NCBI GenBank assembly: GCA_047967505.1
Contig: CM106538.1
DNA: 64,000 bases
Strand: one strand, 5' to 3'
Source: Dipteris shenzhenensis
Lineage: Eukaryota
The position numbers and the translations under genes were made by a program. Below, piece after piece: positions 21,900-33,057 of this stretch (its first letter is position 1; each line of letters begins with the position of its first letter). A model generated the notes under the pieces. It searched no databases, was not told where the DNA came from, and saw only the letters and a list, made by a program, of their open reading frames with translations.

Positions 21900-24782
21900 G
21901 CATTGTTGAGAGTTACGTGGCTTCTCAGTGCAGTCTTTGGCAAAATGACCCTTTTTCCCACAAATAAAACAACTAAATTTACTAGCTGTGAAAGGGCGGT
22001 GTCATAGGAATCATTGGGGACACCTGAAATAGCGCTTGCGCCATCGTAGACATCAAAGCTTTGGAAAAGAAGTCAATCCATATGAGCATTTGGAATGTTG
22101 GGTCTGGGATCTTTTGTAACTTTTGGAGCATGGCTTGTTCGAGGGACAGAACTACTTTTGTCCCACAAATTATTCATAGACAAAAGAAGAGATGCCAATC
22201 TTTTTGAGTTTCTTGCAAAGAGTTTGTTCAATGCATTGGCATCTGATATATACCTAGACCATTTGGAAGAGATTAGTAAACATGAAGTCTGCTACGGTCT
22301 TGTGGACTTCTTGAGGCACATTGTTGATAGTAACAATTTTTGTTTGTGCCTCGAGGAGAGCCATGACAGCGTCGCCAAGTCGATGAGGTAAACTATAGAG
22401 ATAATGGCATTTGGCAGAAGTGTCAGAAAAAAGGCCAGATCTATAAATTAGCTATTGTACATGAGTGTTATAGGCCTCTAGCTGGAAAAGATCACAAAGT
22501 TGCAGAGTAGAATACTCATTGGATGCTTGTGTACAATCATCAATGAATGTCAATAGAAAGTGATTAGAGATTGCTACAATCAAGGCATCAGGAGCATTGG
22601 GTTGGTGATTACCATCAACACTGGAAAAGATTTGCTCTTCTGATTCGTCATCAAAAAGGAACTCCCACCAATTGCTAAGTACACTAGTGAAGCCTTTGGT
22701 AGTCTCAACTGCAGCATCATGGGGATTCCATTTGTACACTGTGACTAGAGACATCATGTGACCATAAAATATTTTCAAGAGATCCTTCATTGCCTAAGGA
22801 GAGGCAGCATCAATATTAAGGATATAACCTGGAAGGGATTTTTCCTGCAAGCATCGCTACAAATCAGGTTGCTCATCGCAATCGCTGTCCATAAAATGAG
22901 TTTGGAATTTGGCACGCATGAACTGGGAGCCAGGGGCATCATGAAAAGTTATACAACATCCATGCCATGGTTGCTGCTGTTGTTTTTGTTGTTGTTGTGG
23001 TGCCGGATCTTCATCCATTGGCTCAACCTTCACTCCTTGATTCATGTAAAGTGTTGGGAGATCAGTGGAGGATGAAGTCTTAGATCTAGGAGAAGCAAGT
23101 GGTGATTGTGAAGGGAGCTGAGGAGGTGGCAAGGGCATGGGATCAACGGGTTGTGGAGGAGTAGCAACTGCTTTGAAAGGATCGTGTGGGTCAACATTGG
23201 AAAAATGGGTAGGATCAGTCCATTCATGTTGGTGGCCCAAGTGCCAAGTATTATCACACAAGTGGGAGGACTCAGTAACAGGCTGAACAAACTGTGAATC
23301 TATAGAAGGGACTGAAGTGGTAGGTAGAATATGAATAGACTAAGGGAGGATAGGCCAAATCATAAGACTAATAGCCTTCAATGGAGTGAATGAACCATCT
23401 ATAGGAGTGGTAGAGGCTGGAGGCAAGGAAGGAGGAAAAGACTTATGCACAGAGGAATGTACAGAGGGAACAAGACTAGTGTGTAGCTGTTTGAGTTCTT
23501 TTAGTACAGTTTGGGTATTCTAATCTAATTTACCAACAGCTAAATTGTGTGAGTTGCACCAATTCAATTGTTGTTGCTCTATTGGCATGTCATTATCATC
23601 CACCTATGTCAATGCATAAGGAGCATGCACTGACTTAAGCGTGCCATCCTCGAATGTAGACTGGAATCCTTTGGAGCAGGGCCAATTTACTAGACGAACC
23701 ATATTCATAGGATGGAAACGCTCGGAAGCAGTAATGTTATCATAGTTCATATGATGATATGATGGGAGATTGACGACAATAGTAGCATCGATAGGTAGGC
23801 AAGCGACACTTGTGGAAGACATCTAGTCATGAATGGCATCAGCCTTTTCAGGCACAGCAGACTTTGAGCAGAGGTAGTTGCTTCAGATGTTGAGTCAGGG
23901 ACATCATCAGGAGCGCCTACTATGGAAACATGGGAGGAAGATGGAAAAGAAAGGCACATCACTCTTTTTCCATGATCACGATGAGGGTGAAGCTTGATGA
24001 CAAACTTGGAGGGAGCATCTTTAATTTGGAATGTACGAAGTTGAGAAGAAGCTTCCTCAAGAACATTCTGGTAATCCATTTCCCATTCAACAGGCATGGG
24101 AAGAGCATCAAACTTGAAGCGAGTAACATCTGCATTAGTTTTTCCATAAAGAATACACTCATCTTTTGTGTTGACATGATGGGGAATAAGATTGAAAGTA
24201 GATAATAAATAGTTGGATAGACCTGACATGAATTGCACAATACACAGAATGGGGTTTCATAGAGAGACCATTGACCTGGACATAAAGATGAAGTGCAATA
24301 GAAAGATGTGGATCTGCTAAGGACATCTTAAAGTTCAGATACACAATTGTATGGACAGGTTCATGATTAAGGTTACCATGAATAAGACTGATTCTAGCAT
24401 CTTTGGTATGAAGATGACGGGTATCTACAAGACTAGCCATACATGTGACATTTACACCCATATGGAATAATGGTTCTATAGCTAAGACGAAACAACCATA
24501 GTGTATGTACTGGTATCCTGAGTTCTGAAAAGCATCAATCTCATGGGGAGTAAATAGAGGAAGATATACACCAATGGATCCTTCGTCAGCAATATTAACA
24601 ACCACTTCAGAAACTTTAATATGCTTGAGAGCACAAAAGTGGAAAGCAAAGAACTTGTAGATATCTTCAGGGTTGATAATCGGCATGTTCCAAGCAGCCT
24701 TGGGATCAGTAATTTCAGAGAAAGAAGAAGCTGCACGGGTAGAGGTGAAGAAGGAAGAGAAAGATCGGATTGCAATAGCCAT
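21900..24782 (-). pseudogene. Caulimovirid movement protein plus coat protein (copy 1)
   Basis: ORF 24159-24782 with YIHYGCFVLAIEPLFH..LVDTRH..LIHGNL; CP region 22452-22790; zinc knuckle ~21930-21975. Confidence 0.88.
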
Positions 24783-25494
24783 TGGATATATGAAGGCTTG
24801 GAGACTTTACTACTCCCACAGAGACCTCAGGCTACAAAACCTGCCCTCCCTTGCAACACATGATGAGGATCCAGGTGGCCTACAGATTGTGCATTCATTG
24901 GGGAGGCATGGACATTGATCCCCATGGAGCAATGCTCTAACATGACCAGATCTCAAGTCATTCATAGCTTGCCGGGCCAAGTCAAAGTCTATGTGTGTTT
25001 TGCAACAACAAACATTCCTATCTTTGAGTTTCTTGATGTAGTAGGGCTTACAATGCTCAAAGCTCCTCTGCCTAATTGAAATGTTTGGATTCTGATCCAC
25101 AAACTTGAGATACAACTCCGTCTGCTGATGCAACATGCGAGAACAACAGAATAATGAGCCTCCTTTTTGCTACTACTAAAAGAATACAAAACACAATCTA
25201 ATTAAAGTATGTAATGAAGCAAAACAATTTTCAACCACCATGTTGGTTTAGGACAGTCACAATTTCAATCACCAAGATGGTTTAGGACATGTTTAGGATA
25301 GTCGCAATTTCAACCACCGAGATGATTTAGGACACTGTCACACTTTCAATCACCAGGATGGTTTAGCCTGATGGTCTCAACTTCACATATTAGACAATAA
25401 CAAGTATATTTCTTTTTATTTTTGAATTTTGCCATTAGAAAATAACAATATATTGCTTTTCATTTTCGAATTCCACAATTTAACAGTGGTATAT

Positions 25495-27706
25495 TGTTGG
25501 GATATCTCAAGGTGTATGCCTCAGGCACACCTTATGTTTCTATGTGTGAGTGCTAGAGGCACAGTTAGGTGCCCACAAGCACAGTTAGGTGGTGGAAAAG
25601 CCACATAGGATGATTGAGTGAATCTAGGAGCAGATTGAGGAGATGATTGTGGAGCTTTGAGGTCATCAGTGATGTCAGTGACCTTGTATGAGGTGCCTAC
25701 TTAAGGACCTCTTTCTTCTTCATTCTATAAGCAAGTATTCTGATTTTGTGTCAACTCTACTCTTTCCTTTCAGTGTTCCAACATGGTATCAGAGCCATTT
25801 GATCCCCCTTGAGCCCATTTCTGCCACATCATCATCATCATCTTCTTCTTCTTCTTCACCATCTCTCCCTCTTCTCCCAAAAATTTGCTTGAGCTTGTTC
25901 TCCTTCAATCCTCAACCATTTCCCACGCCCTTTCTGTTGGAGATCCCTCTTGTTAGGGCAAATTTCGGGCTGCAAGCAATTGGAGAATAACCTGCTCTGC
26001 TGGTCGTCATTGTGTGAACTTCGTCGAATCTTCTTTCTGCAAGTTCTCTATGCCTGCTCTGTCTTTTCCTAATTCCTTCCAGGGCAAGCTTCTCCATACC
26101 TAGAGCTACCTTGTGCTGAAATCTGAGCAGCAATGGCTACATATTGAAGGAGAAAACAGAGAAAAACCAGTCGACTTTGTTCATGAAGGTGAAGGCGACC
26201 TGACACATATTTTCGCCTCTTCTTCCCAGAAGATCTACTGTGGTATACCAGCTTTCTTTTGCCTCAGAAAGCCCTCTTTCTTTTGCTTTGAAGAGTGTGA
26301 TATGAGCCCTCCAAGTTCAGCTCTCTAGTTTTGACAGTTTTGACATACTTTTGAAAATGATGCTACATAAAATGCTACTCTAGCATTTCTGGTCTTTTGA
26401 AGTTTTTAATAACTTCACTACAAGTGTTGCTTCAGTTTTGTTTTGACTTGCTAGACCTGGTTGTGATTGGAAAGTGTTTATTTCATTCACTTCTATGAAG
26501 CATGCAAAAAGTAGCATCATTGTTTGAAAACTAGTCACTACTATTTGCTACATCAAGTGCCTATACTTTGGAAGTATTTTAGTTCTTTTTGCCTTGTAAG
26601 AGAGAGAAGACACTACCCAATACTTGGGTTAGAGCATCTCATGGCTTGCTTATGCCAAATATGTGAAAAGCCAAAACATCAAGCAATGTCTTGTTATGCT
26701 ACAAAGGATGAAAATGCCAACCTGACTTCCTTATTGAAGATTGCCAAAACAATGGTTGCCAAAAAGGAAGCAAATACAGAGATCTACACTCTCATGGCAC
26801 TTTTATTTGACTTCAAGTACAAGAAAAAGATGAAGGTCAGACACCTAAGATATGCTTCTCTACACAACTACGGAGATGACAAGATAATTGTTCTCATGAA
26901 GGATATGACTTTCAGATCCACTTGTTCTATCATAGTACCATCTTATAAGGCACTAGACACTGCCCATGTGGTAAGACCTTGCCTTAACATGGATATTTTG
27001 CCTCCACAAGATGAGGCATCCCATGAAGATTATGCATTTTAAATCATCTCTATGTATGCTCCAGATCTCTCTTTTTATGTCAAGGTACTCAGCCTGGATA
27101 GTCCTCCAAAATGAATGAAAATAAATTATTGTGTGTTGTGTGTTTTGTAAACACCTCTGGTCACCTTATGATGTAGGCCATGTGTATGTTTTGTTCCATG
27201 GTACCTCTTGCAGACATTGTGTGCATGTACATGCAAGGGAGATAACCATTGGAAGGTCTGTTTGTATCCCTTTCTGTTTACCTTACACCCAAGGAAACCC
27301 TTGCTAGCATGAGAACTTAGCCATAGATTTATCCTTGACCACCATGAGATGGCATGAGAAACTATGAGACTAGATGTATCCTTGACATAGCTTGAGGCAT
27401 TCCCTTGAGGGGGGGTTTGTTGGGATATCTCAAGGTGTATGCCTCAGGCACACCTTATGTTTCTATGTGTGAGTGCTAGAGGCACAGTTAGGTGCCCACA
27501 AGCACAGTTAGGTGGTGGAAAAGCCACATAGGATGATTGAGTGAATCTAGGAGCAGATTGAGGAGATGATTGTGGAGCTTTGAGGTCATCAGTGATGTCA
27601 GTGACCTTGTATGAGGTGCCTACTTAAGGACCTCTTTCTTCTTCATTCTATAAGTAAGTATTCTGATTTTGTGTCAACTCTACTCTTTCCTTTCAGTGTT
27701 CCAACA
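25495..27706 (+). mobile_element. Complete young non-autonomous LTR element (TRIM/TR-GAG-like), 2212 bp
   Basis: 289 bp TG..CA LTRs at 25495-25783 and 27418-27706, one mismatch seen; PBS TGGTATCAGAGCC at 25784-25796; PPT gaggggggg at 27407-27415; TSD TATAT on both sides. Confidence 0.95.
26641..27042 (+). CDS. 133 aa ORF with an N-terminal CCHC zinc knuckle (gag nucleocapsid-like) inside the small LTR element
   Basis: MACL-CQICEKPKHQAMSC fits CX2CX4HX4C; open from ATG 26641 to stop. Confidence 0.5.
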   Translation: MACLCQICEKPKHQAMSCYATKDENANLTSLLKIAKTMVAKKEANTEIYTLMALLFDFKYKKKMKVRHLRYASLHNYGDDKIIVLMKDMTFRSTCSIIVPSYKALDTAHVVRPCLNMDILPPQDEASHEDYAF

Positions 27707-29818
27707 TATATGACATGAATAGCAAGAAATTAAATTTAATGAATTTAAGTACTAAAAAATACAATAATTTCAACCATCGGGCTAGTCAATAACTAATGTT
27801 TGTTCAACCACATTGGTTCAGGACAATCACATAACTGGTGATTGAGCTGAAGCAGCCACAGTTGCATGATGTTCCAACCACTAGGCTGGTTTAGTAAAAT
27901 AACAATATATTGCGAAATAGGACAACAACTAATGTTTGTTCAACCGCATTGGTTCAAGACAATCACATCACTGGCGATTGAGCTGAACCAATCTACGATT
28001 GCAAGATGTTCCAATCACTGGTTTGGTTTAGGACAATCACATTTAGTCCAAGCCTAGTTTAAGAAAATAAACAAGTAAACTATCCCAAAGCTCAATCACA
28101 AACAACTACTAGGCTGGTTTAGGCACCACTGACCTGCGTTGTATCTAGCATGTGTATGATGTGCTCCTTAAATGCCTTTCGTCCTGTCTGCTTCTTATAG
28201 ATGCCCTTTCTATTTGGAGAAACTCTTGTATTTTCATGCCAAAATGTCGTCACTATAGCAATGAATTTTGCACTTATGCTGCCTCTCCTTTTCTTGCATT
28301 CTGTTGAAGCCCATAGACTTCTCGGATCGAGATGATCGTGCATTGATTCTACTCTATGTTCAATCGTTGGAGCCATGTTGGTCCCTCTGATTGACAACAT
28401 CTTCGACATTGTGTGCCCAAGATGTTTCTCCTTTGTTTTAGGGGACACCAACATAGCTAATGTCGCCCTCTTTGCAGCTAGTTGATCTAAGCTATGCACC
28501 CCTTTCACTTTCTATAGGCCATTTCTCAAGTTAGAGAGCATCGCCTCTTAGGCATGCATCTCTCGAGGTGTCGGTAGGGTTGTTACTCTACAAACTTTAG
28601 GGTGCAAGCTAAAGCTTGTGAAGACTCAAGAACTGCTGGTAATCACTTGACTCGCCTGATATTGCTGCCTCGAATGCTCCCACCAATCGTGACACCATAG
28701 CTCATGTTCTTCACTTCGATGGCAATGATCGAATGCCTGCATCTACAATCGCTTCTTGTTGCTGCTTTGCAAGGTTTCTCATTGTTTCTCCTTTCACAGA
28801 TGTTGCAAGAGTGTCTTCCGTTGCTGATTCGACACCGTGCTAGCACTTTCCTCGACCCACACTCTATTCCTTGTGCCTTGACCTAGCTTTTCAGCTTTTG
28901 TGTCTCGTAGCCTCTGTCTGCTTCTCTTGCAAGCCATGGTGAGCTGCATGTTGCCATTGACACCAAGGCCATGATCAATCTAGAATACACCCAAGGAAGC
29001 TAGCTGGTGAGGCAAGCAAAGAATAGAAGACAACTTAACCCGAAAGAAGACAATGGCAAACTAAAGTCTATGCAAGGACATGTCGAGGTGCGTGTGGGTT
29101 GCAGGGCATTTGTAGGGTGGGGGTAGGTTGCAAGTACTTAAATCTTCCAAGATTTGATGGGCAGGAGGTGTGAAAATTCAAAATTCATGGGAATAGCAAA
29201 ATTTCAGCCATCCGTTTTTCCCCCTCCGACGATACACATAAGCAAAATTGGATATTCCAAACAAATGCAATGTGGCCTAAAATGATTCTAAAGACAAATA
29301 GGCCAAAGGGCACGCTATCGTGTTTGATGCTGTGTATTATTAAATGCAATGACCTTTAGCATGCTTATGAGCCATATAGCAAGCAAGTGCATGGAAAAAG
29401 AAACAATTCAAAATTGTAAATAGTTTTGGATTTATTAAAATATCTTTGCACATGCACAAATTGCACTTTTTCAACTTCTTCCATTTTAGGATAAATCTAG
29501 ATACCAATACCAACAACTATCAATGTTTTAAGACCACCATGCACTAGTCCCAATAGTTTGGATTCCAAATTTTCAATCCATTTTGGTTTTCAACAAATCA
29601 AAAGAAATTTATGGAGCATGTCCTCAAATGGGTATGCATCACTTTAGCACAACATTAGAGGCCCATTAACCCATGCATAATGATCTCATTTAGGTGTGTC
29701 CTTGGATTGAGGAGAAGCTCATGTAGTGTACTTTAGAATGATTACTTGGTTGCATGTATGTATAGAATAAAATTTTGATGTTTTTGAATAAAATGCTATA
29801 TCCTATAGAATTTAGGAT

Positions 29819-31107
29819 TGTTGTCTCTATGCCAACATGGACATAGGTAGTACAGAATGTGTGTGTAGAGTAGCAGCAAAGCTCTGCTTGTACTTGCATA
29901 AGGCTAGAAATAATCCCTCTTAGAAATCCAACTTGCATGTTCTACATGCAAGTTCTACATACGATTCCTACATGCAACTCCTACATGCAACTCCTACATG
30001 CAACTCCTACATGCGAGTTCTACATGCAACTTCTACATGCGAGTCCTACATGCGAGTTCTACATGCAACTTCTACATGCGAGTCCTACATGCAACTCTTA
30101 CATGCGAGTTCTACATGCAACTCCTACATGCAACATGCAACTCCTACATGCAACTTGCAACTTCTACATGCAACTTCCATATGCAAGTTCTACATGCAGA
30201 GAGAGAATGTCTTACAATTCCTACATGCAGAAAGAGAAGCTCTCCAACTTGTATAAATACCCCATAGTGGAATAAAGCCCACACTCTTTGGAACATTGTG
30301 TTGAGTTGTACTTTGGTCTCAAGTGTCCATGCTTCCTTGCACTCCACATCCAAAGGCATGTCCTAACCTTGCAACTCCTCCTCCCCTCTCCTCCAACCTT
30401 GCAATTCATCCTCTCTTCCTCCTCCTTCCTCCTCCTCCCTTCTCCTCCTCCCTTCTTCTCTCCCTCTTCCCTCCTCCTCCTCCTCCTTCCTCCTCCTCCC
30501 TTCTCCTCCTCCCTTCTTCTCTCCCTCCTCCCTCCTCCTCCTCCTCCTCCTCCCTCCTCTCTCTTCTTTCTCCCATGCTCTTACACCTTCTTCCTCTCCC
30601 ACTCCTATGCTCTCCCTAAACCCTTAGTTCCTCAACCCTTAACCTCCATGATCTACGAGGGAGACGAGTTCTCCACCATGTACTCTACCCTGAACGTTGG
30701 ATCCTCCTTCTAACCCTAGAACCTCTTCTAAACTCTAGAACCTCTCTCTAAACCTTGGAATCTCCCTCTAACCCTTGAAACCTCCTTCTAAACCTTGGAA
30801 CCTCCTTCTAAACTCTGGAACCTCCTTCTAACCCTTAAACTCCTCCTAAACCCTGCAACCTCTAATGAAGGTGAAAGCCTTCATTACCTCAACCATGATG
30901 ATACAAGTTCCTTTTACATATGCATACACTATGTTTACTCACCACACTTAAGCCTACATCTCTCACCAGAATATGACTCAAGGTCCTAAGCTACATGTAT
31001 ATTACAAATGACAAACCCAATATATCTATAGGTGATAAAAAGCCTCGAAATCCTGCATACTAAGAATACCATGCTCTTCCTACGGAAGCCATGGGAAAGA
31101 GCAAACA
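29819..31107 (+). repeat. 5' LTR with internal 13-14 bp CATGCAACTCCTA array, CCT microsatellite and ~21 bp AACCCT-containing repeats
   Basis: TGTTG..AAACA ends; homologous to 40102-41299 and (reverse) 51399-52460; TATAAATA at ~30252. Confidence 0.9.
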
Positions 31108-31109
31108 TT

Positions 31110-31127
31110 TGGCACCATTGCTGAGGA
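31110..31127 (+). promoter_or_regulatory. Decayed tRNA-Asp primer binding site
   Basis: tggcaccattgctgagga versus TGGCGCCGTTGCCGGGGA; all differences are transitions. Confidence 0.7.
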
Positions 31128-32012
31128 GACTAGTGCCTCAAGTAATGAGTAAACATATGCAAGTATGTGTAAAAAACAAACTACTTTGAACTTTCACGAA
31201 CATATCACTCAAGAGCTAAGAGAGTTAAAATTTTTCCAACTCAAGTTTTAAAAAATAAAAATAATAATTCATAGTTGTGAAACTCTTCGTTACCAGTTTA
31301 GAAAAATGCATGTTTTCTAGAAAGACAACACCTTAAGGAATAAATCATACCATGTGATGGTTGTCAGAGTGTAGAGCCAAAATTTTTGAACATTTCTCCT
31401 TCTTACAAAAACACATTCTGACACAAGCACCAAAAGTTATGGGCAATCAATGATTAAAGGTTCTAAATGCCATAACACAAAAGAAAAATTGAAACCACCT
31501 CCCTAGTCAAACGTGGACAAATTCAAAGCTGCACATGTATTTGACTACTCAAATGTGGACAAATTCAAAGGTGCACATGTGTTTGACTAAATCCATAGCT
31601 CCCCCTCCTTCCCTATAAAAGTGCACCCATCCCTCTCATACTTCATCTTTCACATCTTGCCTCCATCCTCTTTCCCATTCCGAGCCCTATGCAAGACACT
31701 CCTCCCTCTCCATCGACCACCACCCTACTCCCATCCAAACAGGGTGAGTTACTTCGAGTCCATCTCGCAGCGATAACCTAGCCATCTACCCACCGTCCAT
31801 TCGTCCTCAACAATGACCACCACCCTACTCCCATCCTCACACAGTAAGTTACTTTGAGCCCATCTCAATAACCTAGCCATCCACCCACCGTCCATTCATC
31901 CTCAACAATCCTATTACATCGACAAAGACTTGGAGAGCGTCTAGGTGACCATCTCTTCCTCCCTTTGGATTTTCGTTAACGTTTTCCATCCGTCAAGTTT
32001 TTCTTTTTTCCC

Positions 32013-32390
32013 CCTCCCCCTCCACCATTGCCCCCTCCACCACCATCCCCCCCCCCCTCCCCCTCCTCCATCTCCTCCATCTCCCCCTCCACCCTCCACC
32101 CCCCTCCATCTCCACCACCACCCCCCCCTCCTCCATTTCCCCCTCCACCACCACCTCCTCCCCTCCCCCCTCCTCCATCTCCACCTCCCCCCCTCACCAC
32201 CACCCTTTCCCCCCCCCCCTGCCCCTCCATCTCCACCACCCCCTCCACCCTCAACCACCCCCCCCTCCCATCTCCACCCCCACCCTTCCCCCCCCCCCCC
32301 CCCCCCTCTCGACCACCCCCTCCACCACTCCCTCACCCCCTTCACTACCCCCCATCCCCCCCCCCTTACCCCGCATCCCCCCCCCTTCAA
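32013..32390. repeat. C-rich low-complexity tract (G-runs on minus strand) in the Gypsy 5' UTR
   Basis: ~375 bp of CCC/CCT/CCA. Confidence 0.85.
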
Positions 32391-33057
32391 TTAGATTAGT
32401 TAATTGTAGGTAGTTTTAACCCACATTTAGGGTTATAGGCTAGTTAGACTAACTGGAATTAACTTGGTTCCAACCCCTCAGTTGGACTTAAAGTCCATTC
32501 ACACCAACCTTAAGACCAAGCCCCCCCCTCCAAAAGGCTAATTTTACCCCTACTTCAACACTTCGTATCGTGCCCGTTTAGGACCCAAACTGGACCTCAT
32601 TTGAACCAAAATTTCACACACGAAAACACTATGCTATGGGGCATTTTTCTATCCCATTGCACACCATTTTGTCATCCCTAGCACTCGCTCATTTGCACCC
32701 CCATGCGGGCCTCGTTTCGCACTAATTCACTCGTATCTTTATGCCATGACCTTCGATTGACGATCCGTCTGCACTGGCACAGTTCCCTACACACATGGGA
32801 CAATGTTAGGCACATTATTAATATGACAGTCCCCACAACACTAACAAACACAACTACATTAACACCTGCACTTGCGGCAGAGACACCCTTTGCAACTCTC
32901 GCCCAAACTGCATGTAGTTGCGCTTTGGCCAACGCCTCCAACTCCAACACTCACCAAATCCACATACAACTCCACTGCAACCACTGCATCTGACAATCCT
33001 CTACCCCGATTCTCCCCCTGAAATTCAAGAAATCCCTTTAACTCCTCCACGCCACAA

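Larger units (their letters stand above)
10964..24814 (-). mobile_element. Endogenous caulimovirid, head-to-tail ~1.3 genomes, interrupted by an L1
   Basis: Order on minus strand: movement protein, coat protein with CFICGKKGHFAKDC knuckle, aspartic protease, RT, RNase H, intergenic region, then a second MP-CP; no integrase or LTR. Confidence 0.9.
24815..28560 (-). pseudogene. Intron-containing Cys-rich putative DNA transposase relic (exons ~28560-28134 and 25121-24815); superfamily uncertain, possibly Sola-like
   Basis: ..FWHENTRVSPNRK..HMLDTTQ|GT and AG|TELYLKF..P..I.QRSFEHCKPYYIKKLKDRNVCCCKTH join in frame; cut off at the viral junction. Confidence 0.55.

Noticed and set aside
29933-30713. 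Repetitive Cys/Met-rich and Pro/Leu/Glu-rich ORFs (also 40216-41019 and 51793-52452)
   Set aside because: Translations of LTR-internal minisatellite and CCT microsatellite
31941-32399. Extensin-like or glycine-rich protein ORFs
   Set aside because: Open in most frames because of the C-run tract; inside a retrotransposon leader; no signal peptide
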